Of a stretch of DNA of 64,000 nucleotides, positions 40,921 through 51,182 are shown piece by piece. Each line of letters begins with the position of its first letter. Position 1 is the stretch's first letter. Source of the DNA: Negativicutes bacterium (GTDB lineage Bacteria > Bacillota > Negativicutes > JALHDB01); contig JALHDB010000001.1 in the NCBI GenBank assembly GCA_022840825.1, positions 362,737 through 426,736 on the forward strand. The letters are read 5' to 3'. A model generated the notes under the pieces. It saw nothing but the letters and a program-made list of their open reading frames with translations. It had not been told where the DNA came from and did no database searches. Both the position numbers and the translations under genes were made by a program.

Positions 40921-41063
40921 GTATCTCATCAAGAGTTGGCGGAGGGACTGGCCCGATGAAGCTGCGGCAACCTTTGGCTTGGCCAAAACGGTGCTAATTC
41001 CTGCAGAAATAGTAAAGCTGCAAGATGGGTTGTTTATTAACCTCCCATTATGGGAGTTTTTTT
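40921..41063 (+). promoter_or_regulatory. SAM-I (S-box) riboswitch with intrinsic terminator, leader of metK
   Basis: tctcatcaagagttggcggagggactggcccgatgaagctgcggcaacc...ggtgctaattcctgcag matches the S-box consensus. Terminator ctccca/tgggag plus a T-run at 41042-41063. The putative promoter is ttgatt-17-tagaat at 40865-40893. Confidence 0.88.
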
Positions 41064-41082
41064 ACTATAGGAGGTGTTATTG

Positions 41083-42273
41083 ATGGATAAAACTAAAAAA
41101 TTGTTTACTTCAGAATCTGTTACTGAAGGTCATCCTGACAAAATGGCTGATCAAATATCTGATTCTATTTTAGATGCCATTATAGAACAGGATCCGATGG
41201 CTCGTATTGCCTGTGAGACACTGGTTACGACAGGCCAGGTTCATGTTGTAGGCGAGATTACTACTGACTGTTATGTAGATATACCTAAAATTGTAAGAAA
41301 AACAATAAAAGAAATCGGTTATACACGTGCTAAGTATGGTTTTGATAGTGAAACATGTGGAATTTTAGTGTCAATAGATGAACAATCGCCGGATATCGCC
41401 TTAGGAGTTGATAAATCACTGGAAGCTAAACAAGGCGATACCGATGAATTTGAAACAATTGGTGCCGGTGACCAGGGTATGATGTTTGGTTATGCGACGA
41501 ATGAAACTCCGGAATTAATGCCATTGCCGATATCGTTAGCTCACAAACTGGCCCGCAAACTTGCTGAGGTTAGGAAAAGCGGCGATTTAGAATATTTACG
41601 GCCTGATGGTAAAACTCAAGTTACGGTTGAATACATAGATAGTCAGCCGGTACGGATTGACACAATTGTTATTTCTACTCAGCATAGTCCGGAGGTTGAT
41701 CTGTCAATTATTGAGCGGGATATAAAAAAACATGTTATAGCGCCGGTAGTTTCAGCACAGCTGTTAGATGAAAAGACCAAATATTATATTAACCCAACCG
41801 GTCGTTTCGTAGTTGGTGGTCCGCAAGGGGATGCCGGATTAACAGGACGTAAAATAATTGTAGATACTTATGGCGGAATGGCGCGCCATGGAGGCGGAGC
41901 ATTCTCTGGGAAGGACTGCACTAAGGTCGACCGTTCTGCGGCATATGCCGCACGATATGTGGCCAAAAATGTTGTTGCTGCGGGATTGGCTGATAAATGT
42001 GAAATCCAGTTAGCCTATGCAATTGGTGTTGCGCATCCGGTTTCAATAATGGTTGATACCTTTGGAACGGCTAAAATTGATGAAACTGAGATTATTTCGT
42101 TAATTAGAAAACATTTTGATTTGCGTCCGGCTGGAATTATCAAAACACTGAATTTGCGCCGGCCAATATATCGGCAAACAGCGGCATACGGGCATTTTGG
42201 CCGCAATGATTTGGATTTGCCATGGGAGCAGACTGATAAAGCTGAGTTATTAAGAAAAGAAGCAGGAATTTAA
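41083..42273 (+). CDS. metK: S-adenosylmethionine synthetase MetK
   Basis: GHPDK and GGGAFSGKD motifs. RBS aggaggtg precedes the ATG at 41083. Confidence 0.95.
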   Translation: MDKTKKLFTSESVTEGHPDKMADQISDSILDAIIEQDPMARIACETLVTTGQVHVVGEITTDCYVDIPKIVRKTIKEIGYTRAKYGFDSETCGILVSIDEQSPDIALGVDKSLEAKQGDTDEFETIGAGDQGMMFGYATNETPELMPLPISLAHKLARKLAEVRKSGDLEYLRPDGKTQVTVEYIDSQPVRIDTIVISTQHSPEVDLSIIERDIKKHVIAPVVSAQLLDEKTKYYINPTGRFVVGGPQGDAGLTGRKIIVDTYGGMARHGGGAFSGKDCTKVDRSAAYAARYVAKNVVAAGLADKCEIQLAYAIGVAHPVSIMVDTFGTAKIDETEIISLIRKHFDLRPAGIIKTLNLRRPIYRQTAAYGHFGRNDLDLPWEQTDKAELLRKEAGI

Positions 42274-42332
42274 AAGTTGTTAGTAAATAATGCAGGTTTT
42301 TGAAGGCGCTAAGCGAATATAAGTTTAAAGTG

Positions 42333-42365
42333 AAAAAGGAGACGAACAGTCTCCTTCTGTTTTTA
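42333..42365 (+). terminator. Terminator after metK
   Basis: Stem aaggagac/gtctcctt followed by ctgttttta. Confidence 0.7.
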
Positions 42366-42380
42366 TTCAGGGGGATAAGT

Positions 42381-44786
42381 ATGAATGTTGTAGCGCAAGT
42401 CTGTGTTAATATATCGATTGGAAAGCTGGATAAAAAATTTTCTTATATTGTGCCGCCATGCTTCAACATTAGTTCTGGTTGGCGAGTGTTGGTACCGTTT
42501 GGCAATCGCATAATAGACGGATTTGTTGTTGAGACATTTGTGCAAGAGGATGTTAATGGTTTAAAGGAAATTATTGATATAATTGATGACAGTGCCTGGT
42601 TTGACGAAAATATGTTGGCTACAGCAAAGTGGATAAGTAATTATTATTTATGCACGTTAGCAGAAGCAATGCGCCTGTTTATTCCCGGTACTAGCAGTAT
42701 AAGAATTGAAAAGAGTTATCGAATTAATGAGGATCAAATTAATACTGACAATCATGAATATAATTCTGTAGAAAAATCTATTATTAAATATTTACAGCAG
42801 CGTAAAAAGATTACCAGCCAACAAGTAATAAAAAAATTTGGTAAGGAATCCATAACCGTTTTAGCAGATCTGATAGAGCGTGGAATCGTGATTTTGGATA
42901 CCGGCATAGTTAAAACGGATCGTAATAGATACGAAAAAGCAGTCAAGTTATTGCCGGAAAAGAATAATAACTATGACGAACAACAGTTTGCCGGTAAACC
43001 TGCACAATTAAGATTGGTAAAAATGCTGCAAAGGCAAGGTAGCAGTCTTTCTTATCGAGAGTTGAGCAGGTTAAAAATTGGCAAGGATACTGTTAAGCGG
43101 TTAGTAGACAAAGGAATAGTTGAAATTGTTAATATTCCGATTATAAGAGATAGTTATCGAAATTATGATTATACCCAAATACCCGTTACTCTTACGGCCG
43201 AGCAGGCACAAGTACTTGAAAAAATAAAGGAATCAATTCAGGACAACAAATATAAATCTTTCTTGCTGCATGGTATTACCGGCAGCGGTAAAACTCAAGT
43301 GTATATTGAAGCCGTTGCTGAAGTTAGAAAAGCCGGTCGGCAAGCTATTGTTTTGGTTCCGGAAATTGCCTTGACCAGCCAAATTGTTCAACGATTCAAA
43401 GCTAGATTTGGTGATGATGTTGTTGTTATTCACAGCAAATTATCTCGTGGGGAACGATTTGATTCCTTACAACGTTTGAAGCGGCAGCAGGCTCATATAG
43501 TTATTGGAGCTCGGTCGGCGATTTTTGCTCCTGTAAATGACCTCGGAATAGTGATATTAGATGAGGAACATGAAGCCTCATATAAACAGGAGGAACATCC
43601 GCGCTATCATACAAGAAATGTTGCGGCGGCTAGGGCCAATTTTTCCCGTGGCATCGTAATACTGGGTAGTGCCACGCCAAGTATAGAAACTTATTATTGC
43701 ACAAAAAGTTCAAATAAAACATTATTAACTTTAGATTCGCGGATTAGTGAGGCAAAGCTGCCCAGCGTTAGTATTGTTGATATGCGGGAAGAACTAAAGC
43801 AGGGAAGACGTAATGTATTGTCTTTACAATTAAAAGAATTGCTTTTGAGTACTTTAGAACAAGGTGAACAAGCAATATTATTATTAAATCGGCGCGGATT
43901 TTCGACTTTTGTCTTATGCCGCGAATGCGGGCATGTTATCAAATGTCCACATTGCTCAGTTTCTTTAGTATATCATGACTCTGAACATGTTTTACGTTGC
44001 CATTATTGCCATCGATCATTTTCAGTTCCGGATATTTGTCCGGCGTGTAAAAGTCGTTACATTAGATACTTTGGTACAGGTACACAGAAAGTTGAAATGG
44101 AACTTAAAAAATGTTTTCCTCAAGCTAGGATAGTACGAATGGATCAAGACACGACTACACAGAAATTTGCTTATGATAGAATACTGAGCGAATTCAGTAA
44201 AAGAAAATATGACATTCTCCTGGGTACACAAATGGTTGCTAAAGGACATGATATTGCGAATGTTACTGCGGTTGGAATAATTACTGCCGATACCGGCCTT
44301 AATCTTCCGGATTTTCGCTCAGCCGAAAGAGTGTTTGCCTTGTTAACACAAGCTGCCGGTAGGGCAGGTCGGTCTAATAAAAGTGGGAAGGTGATTATTC
44401 AGACCTATAACCCGGAGCATTACGCTATTATGGCTGCAACAAAACAAGATTATCATTCTTTCTATGAACAGGAAGTTATTTACCGACAGGAGTTGGAATA
44501 TCCCCCTTTTTCCAAGCTGGCCAAAATTACTGTTATCGGATCCGATGCGCATACAGCTGTGGCTCATGCGGAACATATCACTAACTTATTACAACAAGCA
44601 ATTAGTAATGATATTTGCAGTATAATGATGTATGCTTCCGCAGTGTCTAAGGTTAATGATACTTATCGAATGAATATTTTAATTAAATCAAATCATATGG
44701 ATGAAGTTAAACAAGCAATCAAAAATATCGTCAATGCTGTCAAAACACACATAAGTTTAGACATCGATCCAATTAGTGTGATGTAA
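42381..44786 (+). CDS. priA: Primosomal protein N' PriA
   Basis: Walker A GITGSGKT, DEEH box, and two zinc-binding Cys clusters (CRECGH...CPHC; CHYC...CPAC). RBS ggggga precedes the ATG at 42381. Confidence 0.9.
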   Translation: MNVVAQVCVNISIGKLDKKFSYIVPPCFNISSGWRVLVPFGNRIIDGFVVETFVQEDVNGLKEIIDIIDDSAWFDENMLATAKWISNYYLCTLAEAMRLFIPGTSSIRIEKSYRINEDQINTDNHEYNSVEKSIIKYLQQRKKITSQQVIKKFGKESITVLADLIERGIVILDTGIVKTDRNRYEKAVKLLPEKNNNYDEQQFAGKPAQLRLVKMLQRQGSSLSYRELSRLKIGKDTVKRLVDKGIVEIVNIPIIRDSYRNYDYTQIPVTLTAEQAQVLEKIKESIQDNKYKSFLLHGITGSGKTQVYIEAVAEVRKAGRQAIVLVPEIALTSQIVQRFKARFGDDVVVIHSKLSRGERFDSLQRLKRQQAHIVIGARSAIFAPVNDLGIVILDEEHEASYKQEEHPRYHTRNVAAARANFSRGIVILGSATPSIETYYCTKSSNKTLLTLDSRISEAKLPSVSIVDMREELKQGRRNVLSLQLKELLLSTLEQGEQAILLLNRRGFSTFVLCRECGHVIKCPHCSVSLVYHDSEHVLRCHYCHRSFSVPDICPACKSRYIRYFGTGTQKVEMELKKCFPQARIVRMDQDTTTQKFAYDRILSEFSKRKYDILLGTQMVAKGHDIANVTAVGIITADTGLNLPDFRSAERVFALLTQAAGRAGRSNKSGKVIIQTYNPEHYAIMAATKQDYHSFYEQEVIYRQELEYPPFSKLAKITVIGSDAHTAVAHAEHITNLLQQAISNDICSIMMYASAVSKVNDTYRMNILIKSNHMDEVKQAIKNIVNAVKTHISLDIDPISVM

Positions 44787-44863
44787 CTGTCATAGAATTT
44801 TGTCTGCAGTTGTGTTACAATTTAATTAGCTATGAAAAATTTTATGACGGTTGGGGGTTAATT

Positions 44864-45319
44864 ATGGCCGTGTTGGAAATTAGAAAAGCCGGTGAAAAAG
44901 TCTTAAAAGAACAGGCTTTGCCGGTAGAAAATATTGACCGGATAATTAAAAAACTGCTTAGTGATATGGCCGATACAATGTATGAATACGATGGGGTTGG
45001 TTTAGCCGCCCCGCAAGTTGGTGTTTCACTGCGCATTATTGTTGTGGATAATGGTGATGGTTTGATTGAATTAATTAATCCGGTTATAGTAGATTCTCAG
45101 GGAACTGAAACCGCTACCGAGGGTTGTTTAAGTATTCCGGGTATATTTGGCGAAGTTGAGCGCTATTCTACGGTGACAGTGGAAGGCTTAAACCGAAACG
45201 GAAAAAAGATTCAAGTTACCGGCAGTGAATTATTGGGCCGAGCTCTTCAGCATGAAATTGATCATTTGAACGGAATACTATTTATTGATAGAGCAAAAAG
45301 TATAACGACTCCGAGGTAA
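44864..45319 (+). CDS. def: Peptide deformylase Def
   Basis: GVGLAAPQVG, EGCLS and HEIDHLNG motifs. Confidence 0.92.
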   Translation: MAVLEIRKAGEKVLKEQALPVENIDRIIKKLLSDMADTMYEYDGVGLAAPQVGVSLRIIVVDNGDGLIELINPVIVDSQGTETATEGCLSIPGIFGEVERYSTVTVEGLNRNGKKIQVTGSELLGRALQHEIDHLNGILFIDRAKSITTPR

Positions 45320-45324
45320 TTAAA

Positions 45325-46266
45325 ATGAACAAATTACGTGTAATATTTATGGGAACACCGGACTTTGCCGTACCAACTCTGCGGGAACTAGTTTTGCACA
45401 ATTATAATGTAGTAAGTGTAGTCACTCAGCCGGACCGCAGTAAGGGGCGGGGAAATAAAGTTTCTTTTTCTCCGGTAAAGGAATTTGCTTTGCAGCATAA
45501 TATACCGGTTTTACAACCGGAGAAAGTTCGGCAACCATTATTTATACAAGAATTATCAGCACTGAAACCGGATCTAATTGTTGTAGTAGCTTATGGTCAG
45601 ATACTGCCGCGTGAAATATTGGTACTGCCACCTTTGGGCTGTATTAATGTACATGCATCGTTGTTACCGGCTTATCGGGGGGCTGCACCGATACATTGGG
45701 CGATTATCAACGGTGAGAAGATTACCGGAGTTACTACTATGTATATGGATATTGGCATGGATACCGGTGATATGTTATTGCAGCACTCAATTCAGATTGA
45801 AGAGAACCAAACGAGCGGACAGCTTCATGACGAGTTGAAAGAAATTGGCGCTCGCTTATTGCTTGAATCGGTTATTTTACTTGAACAAGATCTTGCACCA
45901 AGGATTCCGCAGGATAATATGCTTGCTACCTACGCGCCAATGCTCAACAGGTCACATGAAAAAATTGACTGGAGTTTATCGGCAGAGCAAATTCATAATC
46001 TTATCCGGGGATTAAACCCTTGGCCAGGTGCTTACTGTTTATATAATGAAAAAATTTTAAAAATATGGTCGTCCAAAATAGTTGATCGTAACATGCGAAG
46101 CGGGCAGCCAGGTCGAATTTACGATATCAACAAATATTCACTAGTAGTAGAAACAGGGCAAGGATTACTTGGCTTGATTGAATTACAGCCTGAGTGCAAG
46201 CGCCGTATGAGTGTAGCAGAGTGCGCTTGTGGCTACTGTTTTGCTGTAGGAGATATTATGGGATAG
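45325..46266 (+). CDS. fmt: Methionyl-tRNA formyltransferase Fmt
   Basis: IIFMGTPDFAVP N-terminus and the formyltransferase core (NVHASLLPAYRGAAPI). Confidence 0.92.
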   Translation: MNKLRVIFMGTPDFAVPTLRELVLHNYNVVSVVTQPDRSKGRGNKVSFSPVKEFALQHNIPVLQPEKVRQPLFIQELSALKPDLIVVVAYGQILPREILVLPPLGCINVHASLLPAYRGAAPIHWAIINGEKITGVTTMYMDIGMDTGDMLLQHSIQIEENQTSGQLHDELKEIGARLLLESVILLEQDLAPRIPQDNMLATYAPMLNRSHEKIDWSLSAEQIHNLIRGLNPWPGAYCLYNEKILKIWSSKIVDRNMRSGQPGRIYDINKYSLVVETGQGLLGLIELQPECKRRMSVAECACGYCFAVGDIMG

Positions 46267-46289
46267 AGGTGAAAGAATTGATTGAGGTT

Positions 46290-47075
46290 ATGCCCCGCCC
46301 TAAAAAACGGTTATTTTTAGTGTTAATAATTTTAAGCCTGCTTATTGCGGGGTTTTCAATTTACGGATTATGGAAGGTTAGTTTTTCCGGCTTAGCTGAT
46401 ATTAGTCATATGTTACCGCAGATTTTTGGTTTTTTACTGATATTGCTAGTACTTGCAATTGCCAGTGGTGTAGCCGGAATAATTCTGGCAATAATAGGAT
46501 TTCCTACACCACGTATATTTCAAGGATTGGCTTGGTCTGCCATTAATTTGCTATTCCCAATGGCTATTAGGGTTGGAAGATTATTTGATATTGAGAAGGA
46601 AACCGTGGAACGGTCGTTTATTGAGGTAAGCAATCATCTTGTTAAACAAAAGCACATTCAAGTGAGGCCGGAAAAATTATTGATATTGATTCCACACTGT
46701 ATACAGGAAGAATCTTGTCCCCATAAAATTACCCGCAACGTAAACAACTGTAAACAGTGCGGCCGCTGTCAAGTGGGAGATTTGATTAAGATTACTAATC
46801 GCTACCAAGTAAACCTAGCGATTGTTACCGGTGGAACTTTGGCCAGGAAAGTTGTGAAATCGTTAAGACCACAAGCAATTTTGGCAATTGCTTGTGAGCG
46901 GGACCTAACAAGCGGCATTCAAGATGTATTTCCACTGCCGGTAATTGGTATATTAAATGAAAGACCTTTCGGGCCTTGCTGTAATACTCGCGTGGATTTG
47001 GTTAAAGTCGAAGAAACGGTAAGAAACTTTATTATAAATGAAGAGAGAAACGGAGACCGCAATGAACGCGCGTGA
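46290..47075 (+). CDS. DUF116 family Cys-rich membrane protein
   Basis: N-terminal TM helices, then PHCIQEESCPH...CKQCGRCQVGD...AIACERDL...RPFGPCCNT, which I recognise as DUF116-typical. The start is uncertain (46278 to 46290); the ORF track's 46194 would overlap fmt. Confidence 0.6.
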   Translation: MPRPKKRLFLVLIILSLLIAGFSIYGLWKVSFSGLADISHMLPQIFGFLLILLVLAIASGVAGIILAIIGFPTPRIFQGLAWSAINLLFPMAIRVGRLFDIEKETVERSFIEVSNHLVKQKHIQVRPEKLLILIPHCIQEESCPHKITRNVNNCKQCGRCQVGDLIKITNRYQVNLAIVTGGTLARKVVKSLRPQAILAIACERDLTSGIQDVFPLPVIGILNERPFGPCCNTRVDLVKVEETVRNFIINEERNGDRNERA

Positions 47076-48390
47076 AGTAGCTGTTAGAGTCATCAATGAA
47101 ATTAATTACCATGGTGCCTATGCTAATATTGCCTTAGCCAAAGAAATTAACCACCAAAGATTATCCAACCTTGATCGGCGGTTTGTAACTGAGCTTGTTT
47201 ATGGGACGATAAAAGCAGGCATAACTCTTGACTGGATTTTGGGACATTATGTCGAACGCGGGCTGAATAAACTTCCACCAGTAATTTTAAATATTTTACG
47301 CATGGGAGTATATCAGCTTTTTTTCTTAGACAAAGTTCCGCCTTCAGCTGCATGCAATCAGTCAGTAGAACTGGCCAAAAAATACGGACATGCGGGTACG
47401 GTGCGTTTGGTTAATGGAGTATTACGTTCAGCCAGCCGTAACAAAGATAAAGTTGTTTATCCCGACCCAAAAACTGAGCCGGCTAAATTTTTAGCGCTTA
47501 CCTATTTTCATCCTCAGTGGTTAATTGACCGTTGGTTGAAAAGAATGAGTTTCCTAGAATGTGAGCAATTATGTCAAGTAAATAATCAAACACCGGCGCT
47601 ATCTGTTCGCACAAATACCTTAAAGGTAAGCCGGGATGAATTGATGGCAAAAATGGCTGCTGAAGGAGTAATATGCCAGCCATCAGTATGGACTCCGGAA
47701 GGTGTAATTTGTCTGGAACATCCTGCATTGGCGTCGATGCAAACGTTACAGCAAGGCCTATTTCAAATACAGGATGAGAGTTCGATGCTAGTCGGCCATA
47801 TTTTGGCACCACAAGCCGGTGAATTTATAATTGATGCCTGTGGTGCGCCTGGCGGTAAAAGCACACATATTGCGGCGCTTATGGGTAATTGCGGCAGGGT
47901 TTTGTCAGTAGATTTGTATGATCATAAATTAAAGATAACCAATGAAAATGCAAAGCGATTAGGCATTACAATTTTAGAAACAATCGAAATGGATGCAGTA
48001 AATCTTCACCGACATTATCTTAAGCAAGCAGACCGGGTACTTGTTGATGCACCTTGTTCAGGATTAGGTGTTATTAGACGCAAGCCGGATTCACGCTGGC
48101 GAAAGAATGAGTCATTATTGCAGGATTTGCCGGCGCTGCAGTTAGCCATATTAAACAGCGCTGCTCAATGTGTAAAACCAGGTGGCATATTAGTTTATAG
48201 TACTTGTACAACAGAGCCCGAGGAAAATGATCAAGTTGTACAAAAAATGTTAAAAATGCATCCTGAATTTTCGTTAGATAAAACTGGAGAATTTATCCCG
48301 ATAAAACGGCACGAACCAATGGTTCAGCTGTGGCCGCATTTAGATGGTGTCGATGGTTTCTTTATTGCCAGAATGAAACGAAAAGGATAA
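47062..48390 (+). CDS. rsmB: 16S rRNA (cytosine967-C5)-methyltransferase RsmB (Sun)
   Basis: NusB-like N-terminal domain, SAM-binding DACGAPGGKS and catalytic PCSGLG. Confidence 0.88.
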   Translation: MNAREVAVRVINEINYHGAYANIALAKEINHQRLSNLDRRFVTELVYGTIKAGITLDWILGHYVERGLNKLPPVILNILRMGVYQLFFLDKVPPSAACNQSVELAKKYGHAGTVRLVNGVLRSASRNKDKVVYPDPKTEPAKFLALTYFHPQWLIDRWLKRMSFLECEQLCQVNNQTPALSVRTNTLKVSRDELMAKMAAEGVICQPSVWTPEGVICLEHPALASMQTLQQGLFQIQDESSMLVGHILAPQAGEFIIDACGAPGGKSTHIAALMGNCGRVLSVDLYDHKLKITNENAKRLGITILETIEMDAVNLHRHYLKQADRVLVDAPCSGLGVIRRKPDSRWRKNESLLQDLPALQLAILNSAAQCVKPGGILVYSTCTTEPEENDQVVQKMLKMHPEFSLDKTGEFIPIKRHEPMVQLWPHLDGVDGFFIARMKRKG

Positions 48391-48588
48391 TTAGACCGCC
48401 GGAAAGTTCTTCCTAACAGTACGTTATGCTGAGCCTAAATCATAGTATAGATAATAATATAATTAGCTGATTGGCAAATATCTTAAAGCTTATCGATTAT
48501 GTTTAAACATCAACTATGATTCACCTTGCTCAATGTTTATCGTTACTGAAGGTGAGGAACTTTTGTGTTTAAGTAACGGAGGCATCTT

Positions 48589-49273
48589 ATGTATATTTGC
48601 GATTGTCATTGTAATACCTTGACACAGCTGTACAAAGACCGATCAAGTATATATCAGAACAAATATCATGTTGATATTGAAAGAATATTGGCAAACGGCG
48701 GAGGCTTACAGTTTTTTGCAATGTATTTGCCCAAAGAATAGCGGTATTGTAATGGCGCTAAGTATACTTTGCAAATGATTGATAAATATTATTATGAATT
48801 GGAATTATTAATCAAAACCAAATAGATTATATTATGATCAGGAACGGCGAAGATATTAAGCAATACTCACAACATAAAGTTGCATTCTTATTAAGCATTG
48901 AAGAAGGTGGGGCTATCGAAGGAAGTATAGAGTTATTAAGAATCTATCATCGATTAGGTGTTCGTTGTATGACTTTGACTTGGAGTAACCGAAATGATAT
49001 AACTGATGGAGTTAACGAAGATATTACCGGTGGCGGGCTGACTTATTTTGGCCTTAGTGTGGTAAAGGAAATGAATCGCTTAGGATATTAAATCTAATTG
49101 GTGATGATTTTATTGCTTTTGGATCAGATTTGGACGGTATTGACTGTACACCGGCCGGAGTTAACGGAATTGAAAGTATGCCGGATGTTATTGAATTTTT
49201 ATCAACTAAATACTCACAGCAGACAATAGAGAAAATTTGTTATAAAAACGTACTGCGATTATTAACAAAGTAA
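48589..49273 (+). pseudogene. Decayed membrane dipeptidase (peptidase M19 family) pseudogene
   Basis: Three fragments sit in three frames with internal stops. The N-terminal fragment is MYICDCHCNTLTQL..GGGLQFFAMYLP (stop at 48739). The middle fragment (48834-49091) is ..LSIEEGGAIEG..YHRLGVRCMTLTWSNRNDITDGV..GGLTYFGLSVVKEMNRLG. The C-terminal fragment (49093-49273) is IGDDFIAFGSDLDGID.... Large internal segments are missing. An intact RBS, aacggaggc, precedes the first ATG. Confidence 0.65.
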
Positions 49274-49310
49274 TAAAGTAGTATAGGCTATAATAGATGG
49301 GAAGTTGGAC

Positions 49311-50354
49311 ATGAAAGCAGAATTATTTGGCTTAACACGTGAAGAGATCCAAGCCGCAATCAAACCATACGGTATAGAAAAGTTTCGGGCTGAGCAAATA
49401 GCAAAATGGATGTACCAACACAACGCCCAATCATTTGCAGATATGACAAACATTGCAAAGTCCATGCAAAAAAAACTTGCAGACATTTTTAATGTAACTA
49501 ACGTTGCGGTTCGAGCTATACAGCAGTCTGATGATAAGCAAACCCAAAAATACTTACTGGAATTTTCAGATAAATTAACCGTTGAGACGGTTTTAATGCA
49601 GCAGCCTTATGGGAATAGTGTTTGTGTTTCTAGTCAAATAGGCTGCGCGATGGGTTGTGCATTTTGCGCTTCAACTATTTATGGATTGGAACGGAACTTG
49701 TCGGCAGGAGAAATTTTGGCGCAAGTAATATTTATCAATAGGAATCTCCAAGTTTCCGGACAAAAAGTTAATAATATTGTAATTATGGGTTCAGGTGAGC
49801 CGTTAGCAAACTATGAGAATGTTGTCAAATTTATTCGTTTATGTCACGAACCTTATTGTTTGAATATGAGTTATAGAAGTATTACTTTATCGACTTCGGG
49901 ATTGGTTCCAAATATCCGTAAATTAGCTTATGAGAATATTCCACTAACATTAGCTATTTCGCTGCATGCTTCGAATGATGAAACCAGATCCCGCTTAATG
50001 CCTATTAATAAAAAGTATCCTATTCGTCAAATAATTGAAGCAGCTGACGATTATGCTTTTATTACTGGCAGAAGAGTAACTTACGAATATATCTTAATTA
50101 GTGGAATAAATGATCAACCTCAACATGCTATGGAATTAGCCCTTTTATTGAAAGGAAAGTTGGCGAATGTAAATATAATACCGGTTAATCCGATTGTCGA
50201 AAGAGGATTTTTGCGGCCGGCTTTATCAGTAACAAAACAATTTGTTGAAGTTCTTGAACGTAACGGAATTGTTGCAACCGTAAGACGGGAGAAAGGAACA
50301 GATATTCAAGCAGCATGTGGTCAATTACGATCTCAAGTTCTTGACAATGTTTAA
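49311..50354 (+). CDS. rlmN: 23S rRNA/tRNA (adenine-C2)-methyltransferase RlmN (radical SAM)
   Basis: CAMGCAFCAS fits CxxxCxxC. RBS gatgggaag. An alternative TTG start lies at 49305. Confidence 0.9.
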   Translation: MKAELFGLTREEIQAAIKPYGIEKFRAEQIAKWMYQHNAQSFADMTNIAKSMQKKLADIFNVTNVAVRAIQQSDDKQTQKYLLEFSDKLTVETVLMQQPYGNSVCVSSQIGCAMGCAFCASTIYGLERNLSAGEILAQVIFINRNLQVSGQKVNNIVIMGSGEPLANYENVVKFIRLCHEPYCLNMSYRSITLSTSGLVPNIRKLAYENIPLTLAISLHASNDETRSRLMPINKKYPIRQIIEAADDYAFITGRRVTYEYILISGINDQPQHAMELALLLKGKLANVNIIPVNPIVERGFLRPALSVTKQFVEVLERNGIVATVRREKGTDIQAACGQLRSQVLDNV

Positions 50355-50376
50355 GGTTTAGGAATTACCAATTAAA

Positions 50377-50385
50377 TGGTATAAT
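50377..50385 (+). promoter_or_regulatory. Extended -10 promoter element (TGgTATAAT) upstream of the FHA/kinase operon
   Basis: TG at 50377-50378 and tataat at 50380-50385, about 30 nt upstream of the fhaA-like start. Confidence 0.45.
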
Positions 50386-50414
50386 AATAATAATTAATTA
50401 TCGGAGTGGTGCCA

Positions 50415-51182
50415 ATGAAGATAGCACACAAAATCGAAAACTTTATAGCTAAGCGCTTTGAAGGATTTTTTGCTAAAAAATTTCCTGTCAAACTACAACC
50501 GGTTGAAATCGCAAAATCTATCGATCATGAAGTTGAAAATAAAAAAATTATTGGTATTACGCATGTTTATATTCCCAATAATTTTAAGATATATGTTAGT
50601 AAAGCCGATTATGATGATATGCAGCCTCATATGCAGTTGATTATAGCCGAATTATCTAATTATCTTATTACGAAGGCCAAGGACACAGGTTATACCTTAA
50701 CAAGTGATATAGAAATAGTTTTTTTATTGGAAAAAGAATTGGAATTGGGATGTTTTAAAACTATTAGCGATTTTTCTCAACCGATTGATGAGTCATTAGA
50801 TAAGGAATTTGATGAACCTGATACGCTGGTTTTTAAAAAAGTTAATGATGAACCAAATCAGACACCTCACGATAAATGTACCGCAATAATTAGAGTAATT
50901 GAAGGGTTAGACCAAGGAAAGCAATTGGAAATTAATCATAAGCGAGTCAATTTAGGCCGGCGTGAAACTAATGAATTTTCCTTGTCGGATTTTAATTCTT
51001 CCCGTTTACACGCGTATATTGTATATGAAAATGGTGAGCATGTAATCTATGATGCAAAGAGCCTGAACGGTACATACGTAAATAATGGGCGAGTTGTTCG
51101 CAAACGGTTAAATAATCTTGATAAGATAAAGATCGGTAACACTCTAATACTATATGAGGTGAAGTCATGCCTTTTGAAGTAA
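50415..51182 (+). CDS. FhaA-like protein (DUF3662 N-terminal domain plus C-terminal FHA domain)
   Basis: N-terminus MKIAHKIENFIAKRFEGFFAKKFPVKLQPVEIAKSI resembles the FhaA N-domain. The C-terminal FHA domain reads LGRRETNEFSLSDFNSSRLHAYIVY...NGTYVNN. RBS ggagtgg. Confidence 0.7.
   Translation: MKIAHKIENFIAKRFEGFFAKKFPVKLQPVEIAKSIDHEVENKKIIGITHVYIPNNFKIYVSKADYDDMQPHMQLIIAELSNYLITKAKDTGYTLTSDIEIVFLLEKELELGCFKTISDFSQPIDESLDKEFDEPDTLVFKKVNDEPNQTPHDKCTAIIRVIEGLDQGKQLEINHKRVNLGRRETNEFSLSDFNSSRLHAYIVYENGEHVIYDAKSLNGTYVNNGRVVRKRLNNLDKIKIGNTLILYEVKSCLLK

Noticed and set aside
48834-49091. 85-aa ORF as a stand-alone gene.
   Set aside because: It is the central fragment of the disrupted M19 dipeptidase, flanked by N- and C-terminal fragments in other frames. 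I treat it as part of a pseudogene.
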